Shown here: piece by piece, positions 49,925 through 57,590 of the stretch
Layout: the number at the start of each line of letters is the position of its first letter
How positions within the stretch are numbered: position 1 is the stretch's first letter
Assembly: GCA_964561925.1 (NCBI GenBank)
Contig: CAZLRW010000002.1
Span: 7,882 to 71,881, forward strand
Source of the DNA: an uncultured Flavobacteriaceae bacterium
GTDB taxonomy: Bacteria > Pseudomonadota > Alphaproteobacteria > Micropepsales > Micropepsaceae
Direction of reading: 5' to 3'
DNA: 64,000 nucleotides
Notes under the pieces: generated by a model
Seen by the model: only the letters and a program-made list of their open reading frames with translations
The model's database searches: none
Told to the model about the DNA's origin: nothing
Position numbers and translations under genes: made by a program

Positions 49925-50937
49925 ACGTCCATCGGGCGCACGCCGAGCTTCTCCCAGAGCGCGTCGTCCTTTTCCTTCGCGGGGTTCGCGGTCGTGAGCA
50001 GCTTGGCGCCGATGAAGATCGAGTTCGCGCCGGCAAGGAAGCACAACGCCTGCAGCTCTTCGCTCATGTGCTCGCGACCCGCGGACAGGCGCACGACGGA
50101 AGAGGGCATCATGATGCGGGCGGCGGCGATCGTGCGCGCGAATTCGATGCCGTCGATGGCCGCACTTTCGCCCAAGGGCGTGCCTTTGATCTTCATCAGC
50201 GCGTTGATCGGCACGGATTCGGGCGGCACCGGCAAGTTCGCGAGCGTGACCAGCATGCCGATGCGGTCGTCGCGCCCTTCGCCCATGCCGACGATGCCGC
50301 CGCAGCAAACGGCCATCCCGGCGTCGCGTACGTGTTCCAACGTGTCGAGACGGTCCTGGAGCGTGCGCGTCGTGACGACCTTGCCGTAGTACTCCGGGCC
50401 GGTGTCGATGTTGTGGTTGTAGTAATCGAGACCGGCATCGGCGAGGCGATCGGCCTGCGGCTTCGACAACATGCCGAGCGTCATGCAGGTCTCAAGTCCC
50501 ATCGCCTTGACCTCGCGCACCATGTCGCAAACGGCGTCAAGGTCGCGGTCCTTGGGTTCGCGCCAGGCCGCGCCCATGCAGAAGCGCGAGGCGCCGCCCG
50601 CCTTCGCTTCGGCCGCGGCCTTCTTGACCGCCTCGACCGTCATCAGCTTCGTCGCCTTCAGGCCGGTGTCGAAATGCGCCGACTGGCTGCAATAGCCGCA
50701 ATCCTCGGGGCAGCCGCCCGTCTTGATCGAGAGCAGCGTCGACATCTGCACTTCGTTCGCGTCGAAGTGGGCGCGGTGCACCGATTGGGCGCGGAAGATC
50801 AGGTCGGCGAACGGCAGCTCGAACAGGGCGCGGGCGGCCGCCAAGGTCCAGCGTTGGGCGGTCGCCTTTGGCGGCGGAGAGCTTATCGTTTCTAGGGTCA
50901 TAGTTCGCGACGTGGTTGGCGGAGGGCGGCGCAGCAT
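49921..50937 (-). CDS. bioB: Biotin synthase
   Basis: Radical-SAM motif [13 protein letters not shown]. Alternative start at ATG 50901. Confidence 0.93.
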   Translation of the reverse strand: MLRRPPPTTSRTMTLETISSPPPKATAQRWTLAAARALFELPFADLIFRAQSVHRAHFDANEVQMSTLLSIKTGGCPEDCGYCSQSAHFDTGLKATKLMTVEAVKKAAAEAKAGGASRFCMGAAWREPKDRDLDAVCDMVREVKAMGLETCMTLGMLSKPQADRLADAGLDYYNHNIDTGPEYYGKVVTTRTLQDRLDTLEHVRDAGMAVCCGGIVGMGEGRDDRIGMLVTLANLPVPPESVPINALMKIKGTPLGESAAIDGIEFARTIAAARIMMPSSVVRLSAGREHMSEELQALCFLAGANSIFIGAKLLTTANPAKEKDDALWEKLGVRPMDV

Positions 50938-51055
50938 AGGGGGCGCGGCGGGGGCGTCAAGGAACGCACGGCTTAAATCTGTTCTGAGTGTGTCTTGTGT
51001 TTCCAGGCCAGGTTTATTTCAATGAAGCTTCGGTTTCGGTGGTCGTTCAAAGCAG

Positions 51056-53053
51056 GTGAACACAATGAGGCTCCAGGCACTTGTGGGTTTTTTGTTTCTG
51101 TTTGCGGCGAGCGGCTTGTCGACGAGCGCGTGGGCTGGATCGAGTGCGGACACATACGGCAATCCGCCGGACCACGACCGACCGTTGATCTCGCCCGACG
51201 GCACGCACCTGGCGGTCATGATGCCTCTTGGCGAGAACGGAGGCATCAAGATCATCAAGCTCGGCGGCGGGGGAAGCTGTGGAATTGCACCCTCAGCGGT
51301 CAAAGTGCGCGGCATGTTCTGGGTTGCACCGAATCGCCTTGCCGTTTCGGTTAGTTTTTTCTTCCTGCCCGAGGGGGCGCCGAACGAGCCGAGATATCAA
51401 GCGGAAGTGTTCCGATACATCGTCGTGAACACCGAATGCCGCGACTCCTATGACGTTCTGCGGGATCACAAGGACTACGGCCGACTTGCCGGGTTCAGCT
51501 ATGTCGGGCGAGCGGCAGACAGCAGTTACCTGCTGTTCGCCGCTTTCAATGTGCGTAGCCGAAATGTCGTCGAGAACGTGACGTCGATCCGCATGAAGTA
51601 CCGCGATCGGACGAGCCTCGACGTCTACAAAATCGACACGGCGACAGGCAAGAGCGCGCCGTTTCAACCAGGTACCCCAGACACCGACAGTTGGATTGCC
51701 GATCAGGCGGGGCAGCTGCGCCTTCGAATCGACGTCGATCAGTACGGCAAGACATCCGTGTTCGCGCGCCTCGGCGACGGCGATGCATGGGACCTCGTTC
51801 ACGACTCGTCGACCGTTGCCGACGATTCACGTTCGCTTTCTTTCGTCACGATGGGCAATCAGCCCGACACAGCCTACGTGATCACTCGCAACGGCGGCGA
51901 CAAGGACGGCGTCTACGAGTTCAATCTGCGTTCGAAGGCCCTCGGCCGTCTTGTCTTCCAGCATCCGAAGGTCGACGTGGACGGCGTCGCGGTTGACCCA
52001 TACACCGATCAAGCTGTCGGAACGGCCTACACGGTCGACCATCCGGCGGCGGAGTACTTCGACCGCTCGTACGCGCAACTGCAGGCCGACATCACAGCGA
52101 CGTTTCCGGGCGAAAACATTCAACTGGTTTCGGTTTCGAGCGACCGCAAAAAGGCCGTCGCTCTCGTCGAGGGCCCCCAAAATCCCTCGGGGGTCTATTA
52201 TCTCGCGAACATGACGGAACCCAGCATCGGGAAGATAGGTGCACGCTACGGCTCAATCGGCGCTGCAACTGTCGGAGCGGTCAAGTCGATCAGCTATCCG
52301 GCACGGGACGGCATGACGGTTCCCGCGTATCTGACCCTGCCGCCCGGTTCGCCGGGCAAGAACTTGCCGCTTGTCGTGATGCCTCATGGCGGACCGCACC
52401 TTCGCGACACCGCGAGCTTCGATCCATGGGCGCAGTTTCTTGCATCGCGAGGTTATGCGGTGCTGCAGCCCCAGTTCCGCGGCTCGTCAGGTTTCGGTCA
52501 CAAACACCTGGAAGCCGGGCGGCGGCAGTGGGGGCGCGGGATGCAGGACGACATCTCGGACGGCGTGAAGCACCTGATCGCGAATGGAACGGCCGACGCT
52601 TCAAAAGTCTGCATCTATGGCTGGTCGTATGGCGGCTACGCGGCGATGGCGGGTCTCGCGCTGACACCCGAACTCTACAAGTGTGCGGTTGCGGGCGCAG
52701 GCATTTCCGATCTGTTGCTGCTGCTTGGAGATTCTGCCCGTGAGGGGAATTGGGCGCTGAAGGTGGACAAAGCATGGATCGGAAGTCCTATCGACGATCG
52801 TGACAACCTGTCGGCCGCTTCACCCATCAAGCAAGTCGGCAAGATTCGTGCACCTCTGTTGCTCATCCATCCAAAGGACGACACGGTCGTTCCAATCCGG
52901 CAGAGCAAGTTGATGGCCGATGCTATGGCGCAAGCCGGCAAGCAGGTGGAATACATCGAACTTGAGGGCGACGATCACTGGCTTTCCAAGGCATCGACCA
53001 GCAAGCGCGTGTTGCGCGAACTCGAGCGGTTCCTGGCGCTGCACCTGAAGTAG
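51056..53053 (+). CDS. S9-family serine peptidase (prolyl oligopeptidase / dipeptidyl peptidase-like), secreted
   Basis: 665 aa. Signal peptide (LFLFAASGLSTSAWA), beta-propeller-like N-terminal half, and catalytic GWSYGGYAA...D...H. Codon third positions are visibly less GC-rich than in the neighbours. Confidence 0.85.
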   Translation: MNTMRLQALVGFLFLFAASGLSTSAWAGSSADTYGNPPDHDRPLISPDGTHLAVMMPLGENGGIKIIKLGGGGSCGIAPSAVKVRGMFWVAPNRLAVSVSFFFLPEGAPNEPRYQAEVFRYIVVNTECRDSYDVLRDHKDYGRLAGFSYVGRAADSSYLLFAAFNVRSRNVVENVTSIRMKYRDRTSLDVYKIDTATGKSAPFQPGTPDTDSWIADQAGQLRLRIDVDQYGKTSVFARLGDGDAWDLVHDSSTVADDSRSLSFVTMGNQPDTAYVITRNGGDKDGVYEFNLRSKALGRLVFQHPKVDVDGVAVDPYTDQAVGTAYTVDHPAAEYFDRSYAQLQADITATFPGENIQLVSVSSDRKKAVALVEGPQNPSGVYYLANMTEPSIGKIGARYGSIGAATVGAVKSISYPARDGMTVPAYLTLPPGSPGKNLPLVVMPHGGPHLRDTASFDPWAQFLASRGYAVLQPQFRGSSGFGHKHLEAGRRQWGRGMQDDISDGVKHLIANGTADASKVCIYGWSYGGYAAMAGLALTPELYKCAVAGAGISDLLLLLGDSAREGNWALKVDKAWIGSPIDDRDNLSAASPIKQVGKIRAPLLLIHPKDDTVVPIRQSKLMADAMAQAGKQVEYIELEGDDHWLSKASTSKRVLRELERFLALHLK

Positions 53054-53086
53054 CGTTCGGGCGCGCGGGTCCATATTATCGGACCC

Positions 53087-54223
53087 ATGGGATCTCTCGA
53101 CGAATTTGCCAGGCGCAAGCTCGAGCGGCTGGCGTCGGCTTCGCTGGTGCGGCGGCTGCGCACGACCGACACGGGCGCGGGCCACCGGTTGCGCGGTGAC
53201 GCGAGGCGCCGCGTCAATTTCTGTTCAAACGACTATTTGGGGCTGGCACAGGATGCGCGGCTTGTCGAAGCGGCGTGCGAGGCCGCTGCGAGTTATGGCG
53301 CCGGCGCAGGGGCATCGCGGCTGGTGACGGGCAATCATCCGCTCTATGCGACGCTTGAGGCGAAGATCGCGGCGCTCAAGGGCACCGAAGCCGCCGTCGT
53401 TTTCGGGTCGGGGTATCTCGCGAATCTCGGGGCGATCCCGTCGCTTGCCGGCGAAGGGGATTTGGTTCTTGCCGACGCTCTGTCGCATGCCTGCATGATG
53501 TCGGGCGCGCGACTGTCGGGCGCGCGCGTCGAGCTCTTCGCGCATAACGACGTGGACGATCTCAAGGCCAAGCTCGCGACGTTTCGCGGCGCGGCGCGGC
53601 ATTGTCTGGTGATCACGGAAGGCGTGTTCAGCATGGACGGCGACTTGGCGCCGCTGCGCGACATCGTTTCCGTCGCGCGCGAACATGACGCCTGGACGAT
53701 GACGGACGACGCGCACGGGTTGGGGGTCGTGGGCGAGGGGCGCGGTTCGGCGGCGCATTGGGGCGTGGCGCCGGACGTTCAGATGGGGACCCTTTCGAAA
53801 GCGGTTGGAGCCTATGGCGGCTATGTCGCGGCGAGCGCGGCCGTCGTCGAACTGCTGATCAACCGGGCGCGATCGCTCATCTATGCGACGGCGTTGCCGC
53901 CGCCGGTGGTGGCGGCAGCGATTGCGGGCGTCGACATCATTGCGCGCGAACCGGCTCTGTGCGCGAGGCCCTTGGCCAAGGCGCGCGCGTTTGCGGCGGC
54001 GCTCGATCTTCCGCCCGCCCAATCGGCGATCGTGCCGCTGGTGATGGGATCGGCGTCGCGCGCGCTTGCGGCGTCGGCTGCGCTCGAAGAGGCAGGCTTT
54101 CTCGTCACCGCCATTCGGCCGCCGACCGTGCCCGACGGAACGGCGCGGCTTCGGGTGACGTTCTCGGCCGCGCATGACGATCGCGACGTGGCGGCGCTCG
54201 CCCAAGCGGTGCGTCGGCTGTGA
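53087..54223 (+). CDS. bioF: 8-amino-7-oxononanoate synthase
   Basis: 378 aa. NDYLGL, DDAHG, and the PLP-lysine region GTLSKAVG. Confidence 0.92.
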   Translation: MGSLDEFARRKLERLASASLVRRLRTTDTGAGHRLRGDARRRVNFCSNDYLGLAQDARLVEAACEAAASYGAGAGASRLVTGNHPLYATLEAKIAALKGTEAAVVFGSGYLANLGAIPSLAGEGDLVLADALSHACMMSGARLSGARVELFAHNDVDDLKAKLATFRGAARHCLVITEGVFSMDGDLAPLRDIVSVAREHDAWTMTDDAHGLGVVGEGRGSAAHWGVAPDVQMGTLSKAVGAYGGYVAASAAVVELLINRARSLIYATALPPPVVAAAIAGVDIIAREPALCARPLAKARAFAAALDLPPAQSAIVPLVMGSASRALAASAALEEAGFLVTAIRPPTVPDGTARLRVTFSAAHDDRDVAALAQAVRRL

Positions 54224-54882
54224 GCGGGTATTTCATCACGGCGACAGGTACGGAGCTCGGAAAGACGCACCTCACCTGCAGTGCGATCGGCGCGTTGCGG
54301 CAACGCGGGATTCCGGTCGACGCCTTGAAGCCTGTAATCAGCGGTTTCGACCCCGACGCGGTTGACGTGAGCGACACGGGCTTGATCATGCGCGCGTTGG
54401 GGCGGCGAGCCGATGCTGCCGCCATCGCCGAGATGTCGCCGTGGCGGTTCCGGGCGCCGCTCTCGCCCGATATGGCGGCGGCGCGCGAGGGGCGGCCGGT
54501 TGCTGCCGAAGAGGTGGTCGATCTCTGCCGGCGTGCGCTCGAGACCGCTACTGGCGTGATGCTGATCGAAGGAGCGGGCGGGATCATGTCGCCGTTGGCT
54601 CAGGGCTTCACCAATCTCGATTTGCTTGTGCGGCTCGACGCGCGTGTCGTGTTGGTCGCCGGCACGTATCTGGGCACGATCAGCCACACGCTGACGGCCT
54701 GCGAGGCGCTGGCGGCGCGCGGGCGTGCGCCTTGGGCGATCGTGTTGTCCGAATCCGTCGAGAGCCCGGTTCCGCCCGGCGAGACCGCCGCGAGCATCGG
54801 GCAATTCACGGCGGCGCCGATCTATCTGATGCCGCGCGGGCAAGGCGCGCCGGACGATCTTGTCGAGGCGATGCTGGGTTAA
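54220..54882 (+). CDS. bioD: Dethiobiotin synthase
   Basis: 220 aa, FITATGTELGKT P-loop. 4-nt overlap with bioF. Confidence 0.9.
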   Translation: MSGYFITATGTELGKTHLTCSAIGALRQRGIPVDALKPVISGFDPDAVDVSDTGLIMRALGRRADAAAIAEMSPWRFRAPLSPDMAAAREGRPVAAEEVVDLCRRALETATGVMLIEGAGGIMSPLAQGFTNLDLLVRLDARVVLVAGTYLGTISHTLTACEALAARGRAPWAIVLSESVESPVPPGETAASIGQFTAAPIYLMPRGQGAPDDLVEAMLG

Positions 54883-55361
54883 GGTTTGATGACGATCGGC
54901 GTTCCGACCGAGACCATGCGGTAGATCTCTTCGATCTCGGCGTTCGTCACGGCGATGCAGCCCAAGGTCCAGTCGGGAACGACGCCCAGGGGGCGGAGCG
55001 CTGCGAGGTATTCCGGCGTGCCGTGGATCATGATCTGGCCGCCGGGAGAGACGCCTTTCGCCGCCGCTGCGGCCTGGTCGCGGCGGTTGGGGTAGGAGAT
55101 GCGCAACGACAGGTGGAAGCTGGACCAAGGGTTCTTGGCGTCGATGACGTAACGGCCCTCGGGCGTGCGCGAGTCGCCCTCCTGCTCCTTGTGACCAACG
55201 GGATTTCCGCCGAGCGCGATGCGGTAGGTCTTGATCGCCTTTCGGTTCGCGTAGAGCGTCATCACCCGTTTCGTCTTGTCGACCACAATGAGATTGGCCT
55301 GACGGGCGGAGGCTGGCGCTGCCAGGGCAAGTACAATCAACAGGGCGAAAATCGCGCGCAT
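54879..55361 (-). CDS. L,D-transpeptidase (YkuD) family protein
   Basis: Signal peptide MRAIFALLIVLALAAPASA. Catalytic IMIHGT...TLGCIAV. Start at the 56th codon of ORF 54879..55526. Confidence 0.85.
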   Translation of the reverse strand: MRAIFALLIVLALAAPASARQANLIVVDKTKRVMTLYANRKAIKTYRIALGGNPVGHKEQEGDSRTPEGRYVIDAKNPWSSFHLSLRISYPNRRDQAAAAAKGVSPGGQIMIHGTPEYLAALRPLGVVPDWTLGCIAVTNAEIEEIYRMVSVGTPIVIKP

Positions 55362-55524
55362 GGGGGCCTTGCGTCTTGGGGTGCGGCTTCTTGCCAGCGA
55401 AAAGCGGCAATCGATTGACGTAACCGCGCCTTGTTGCCGGATTTCCGCCGTATTTGAGTCATGATGCTTTCGGCGCGAGAATGGTCCGCCGGTCTGGGTC
55501 CGGCTCACACACGGGAAAATTGTC

Positions 55525-56607
55525 ATGATGCGCGTATCTGCGTTTCTTGCCGCGCTGAGCTTTGCGCTCGCGGGCGCCGCGGCGGCGGCTCCTATTCCGC
55601 CGGGCAGCTATCAGTCGACGTGCAAGGACATCTATGCGGACGGCACGACACTATCGGCGACGTGCCGGGGGTCGTTCGGCCAGTGGAACTACAGCACGCT
55701 GCGCGACTATCGCGATTGCGAGGGCGACATCGCGAACGAGCGCGGACGCCTCGTCTGCCGCGACGATCCCTACGACGACGGCGACGACCAATGGCTGCCG
55801 CGCGGCAGCTACCGCGAGACGTGCCGGCGCGCGCGCGTCGTGGACCGGACGCTCACCGCCGAATGCGTCGACCGCAACGGCAATTGGCGCTACAGCGAAC
55901 TCGTCGACTTCAGCCGCTGCCGCGGCGACATCGCGAACGCGAACGGCCGGCTCGTCTGCCGCAGCGACGACGACGATGACGATTGGGCGCCGAACGGAAG
56001 CTATCGCGACACGTGCCGGCGCGTGAACGTTCAAGAGGGCACGTTGACGGCCGAGTGTCGCGATCGCGACGGACGCTGGCGCTACACGGAGCTGCCCAAT
56101 TACCGTTCGTGCCGCGGCGACATCGCGAACGTGAACGGCATGTTGCGCTGCCGGTTCGGCGACGACGACAACGGCGAGTTGCCGGACGGGAGCTGGCGGT
56201 CGAGCTGCCGCAATGCGCGCGTCGTCGGGTCGATCCTCTATGCGCAATGCCGCAACAGGTACGGCGAATGGCGCAACACGTCGCTCGATCTGCGGAACTG
56301 CGAGCGGGACGTGCGCAATGTCGACGGCAGGCTCGTCTGCGGCGGCGCCGGCGGCTTCGGCCGGATCACGCTCTACAGGCACACGAACTTCGGCGGGAAG
56401 TCGCGTACGTTCACGTCGGACGTGCCCGACCTCAACCCGTATGCGTTCGGCAACCTGGCTTCGAGCGTGGTCGTGCAGGGCGGCGTCTGGCAACTGTGCG
56501 ACAGGCCGAATTACCGCGGCTATTGCATCGTCATCGACCGCACGAACGCGAATCTTTGGACGCTCGGCTTCAACGACCGGGCGGAATCGGTCAGGCGCGT
56601 CCGCTAG
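55525..56607 (+). CDS. Secreted protein with four cyanovirin-N-homology (CVNH) half repeats plus a C-terminal beta/gamma-crystallin domain
   Basis: Signal peptide. Four ~55-aa repeats of GS[YW]..[ST]C......L.A.C....G.W.....L.....C.GDIAN.NG.L.C separated by acidic linkers. Repeat 2 resembles the cyanovirin-N second half (ETCR...LAAEC...IANIDGTL). The tail [11 protein letters not shown]...SSVVV / [11 protein letters not shown]...ESVRRV gives two Greek-key motifs. Confidence 0.8.
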   Translation: MMRVSAFLAALSFALAGAAAAAPIPPGSYQSTCKDIYADGTTLSATCRGSFGQWNYSTLRDYRDCEGDIANERGRLVCRDDPYDDGDDQWLPRGSYRETCRRARVVDRTLTAECVDRNGNWRYSELVDFSRCRGDIANANGRLVCRSDDDDDDWAPNGSYRDTCRRVNVQEGTLTAECRDRDGRWRYTELPNYRSCRGDIANVNGMLRCRFGDDDNGELPDGSWRSSCRNARVVGSILYAQCRNRYGEWRNTSLDLRNCERDVRNVDGRLVCGGAGGFGRITLYRHTNFGGKSRTFTSDVPDLNPYAFGNLASSVVVQGGVWQLCDRPNYRGYCIVIDRTNANLWTLGFNDRAESVRRVR

Positions 56608-56638
56608 CGCTGGCGGCCTGCGATTTGCTAGGACTAAC

Positions 56639-56670
56639 GGAGGCCGGACGGATGTCCGGCCTTCGCTTTT
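56639..56670 (+). terminator. Rho-independent terminator after the CVNH gene
   Basis: AGGCCGGAC-ggat-GTCCGGCCT followed by TCGCTTTT. Confidence 0.7.
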
Positions 56671-56686
56671 CGGGAGGAGTTTGTTC

Positions 56687-57523
56687 ATGGAAACCGTTCA
56701 ACTCGACCGGCGCGCGTTTGCCGTGACGGGCCTTGCCGCCGGGTTTGCGCTGTCGGTGCAGCCGGTCGCGGCCTCGACGATTGCGACGGACGCTGCGGGG
56801 CTCGATGCGGGCGAGGTCAAGATCCCGGTCCCCGACGGCGAAATTCCCGCCTATCGTGCGATGCCCGCGAAAGGCACGAAACTTCCCACGATCGTCGTGA
56901 TCCACGAGATCTTCGGCGTGCACGAGTGGATCAAGGACATCTGCCGGCGCTTCGCCAAGCAGGGCTATCTGGCGGTCGCGCCCTACGTCTATTCGCGTCA
57001 GGGCGATGCAATGGCGTATACCGACATCCGAAAGCTCGTCGAAGAACTGGTCGCGAAGGTCGACGACACGGTCGTGCTCAGCGATCTCGATGCGACCGCC
57101 AAGTGGGCGGCGGCGAACGGCGGCGACGGTGCGAAGCTCGGCGTCACGGGGTTCTGCTGGGGCGGACGGCAGACGTGGCTCTACACGGCGCACAACGCAA
57201 ACGTGAAGGCGGGCGTCGCGTGGTACGGGCGGCTGACGCGGCCCGACGGGAACACGCAGCCCAAGCATCCGGTCGAAGTGGCGTCGGCGCTCAAAGGTCG
57301 GGCGCTCGGGCTCTACGGCGGGCTGGACAAGGGCATCCCTCTGACGCAGGTCGATGCGATGCGTGCGGCGCTCAAGGTCGCCGGCGACGCGAAGTCGGAG
57401 ATCGTCGTCTATCCGCAGGCCGATCACGGTTTCTTGGCCGATTACCGGCCGACCTACAACGAGGCCGCCGCTAGGGAAGCCTGGGCGCGGTGTCTCAAGT
57501 GGTTCAAGGATAACGGCGTGTAA
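56687..57523 (+). CDS. Dienelactone hydrolase family protein (Tat-type signal)
   Basis: [23 protein letters not shown]..., [16 protein letters not shown] and [10 protein letters not shown]-terminal 278 codons of ORF 56213..57523. Confidence 0.85.
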   Translation: METVQLDRRAFAVTGLAAGFALSVQPVAASTIATDAAGLDAGEVKIPVPDGEIPAYRAMPAKGTKLPTIVVIHEIFGVHEWIKDICRRFAKQGYLAVAPYVYSRQGDAMAYTDIRKLVEELVAKVDDTVVLSDLDATAKWAAANGGDGAKLGVTGFCWGGRQTWLYTAHNANVKAGVAWYGRLTRPDGNTQPKHPVEVASALKGRALGLYGGLDKGIPLTQVDAMRAALKVAGDAKSEIVVYPQADHGFLADYRPTYNEAAAREAWARCLKWFKDNGV

Positions 57524-57590
57524 GGCGTGGCACGGGACGGGCGCTTGCGCATAAGGTCAGGCCGATAGTGCAACCGATCGTCGTCCGTCC

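Noticed and set aside
50938-51055. A BioR or BirA operator in the bioB upstream region.
   Set aside because: I looked for TTATMKATAA-like (BioR) or BirA-type palindromes. I saw only a loose TTATTTCAATGAA, which is not a convincing match.
55600-56340. ~190-nt tandem DNA periodicity that could be mistaken for a CRISPR or VNTR array.
   Set aside because: The repeats lie in frame inside one ORF and encode the four CVNH half-domains. There are no spacer-like unique segments or cas genes.
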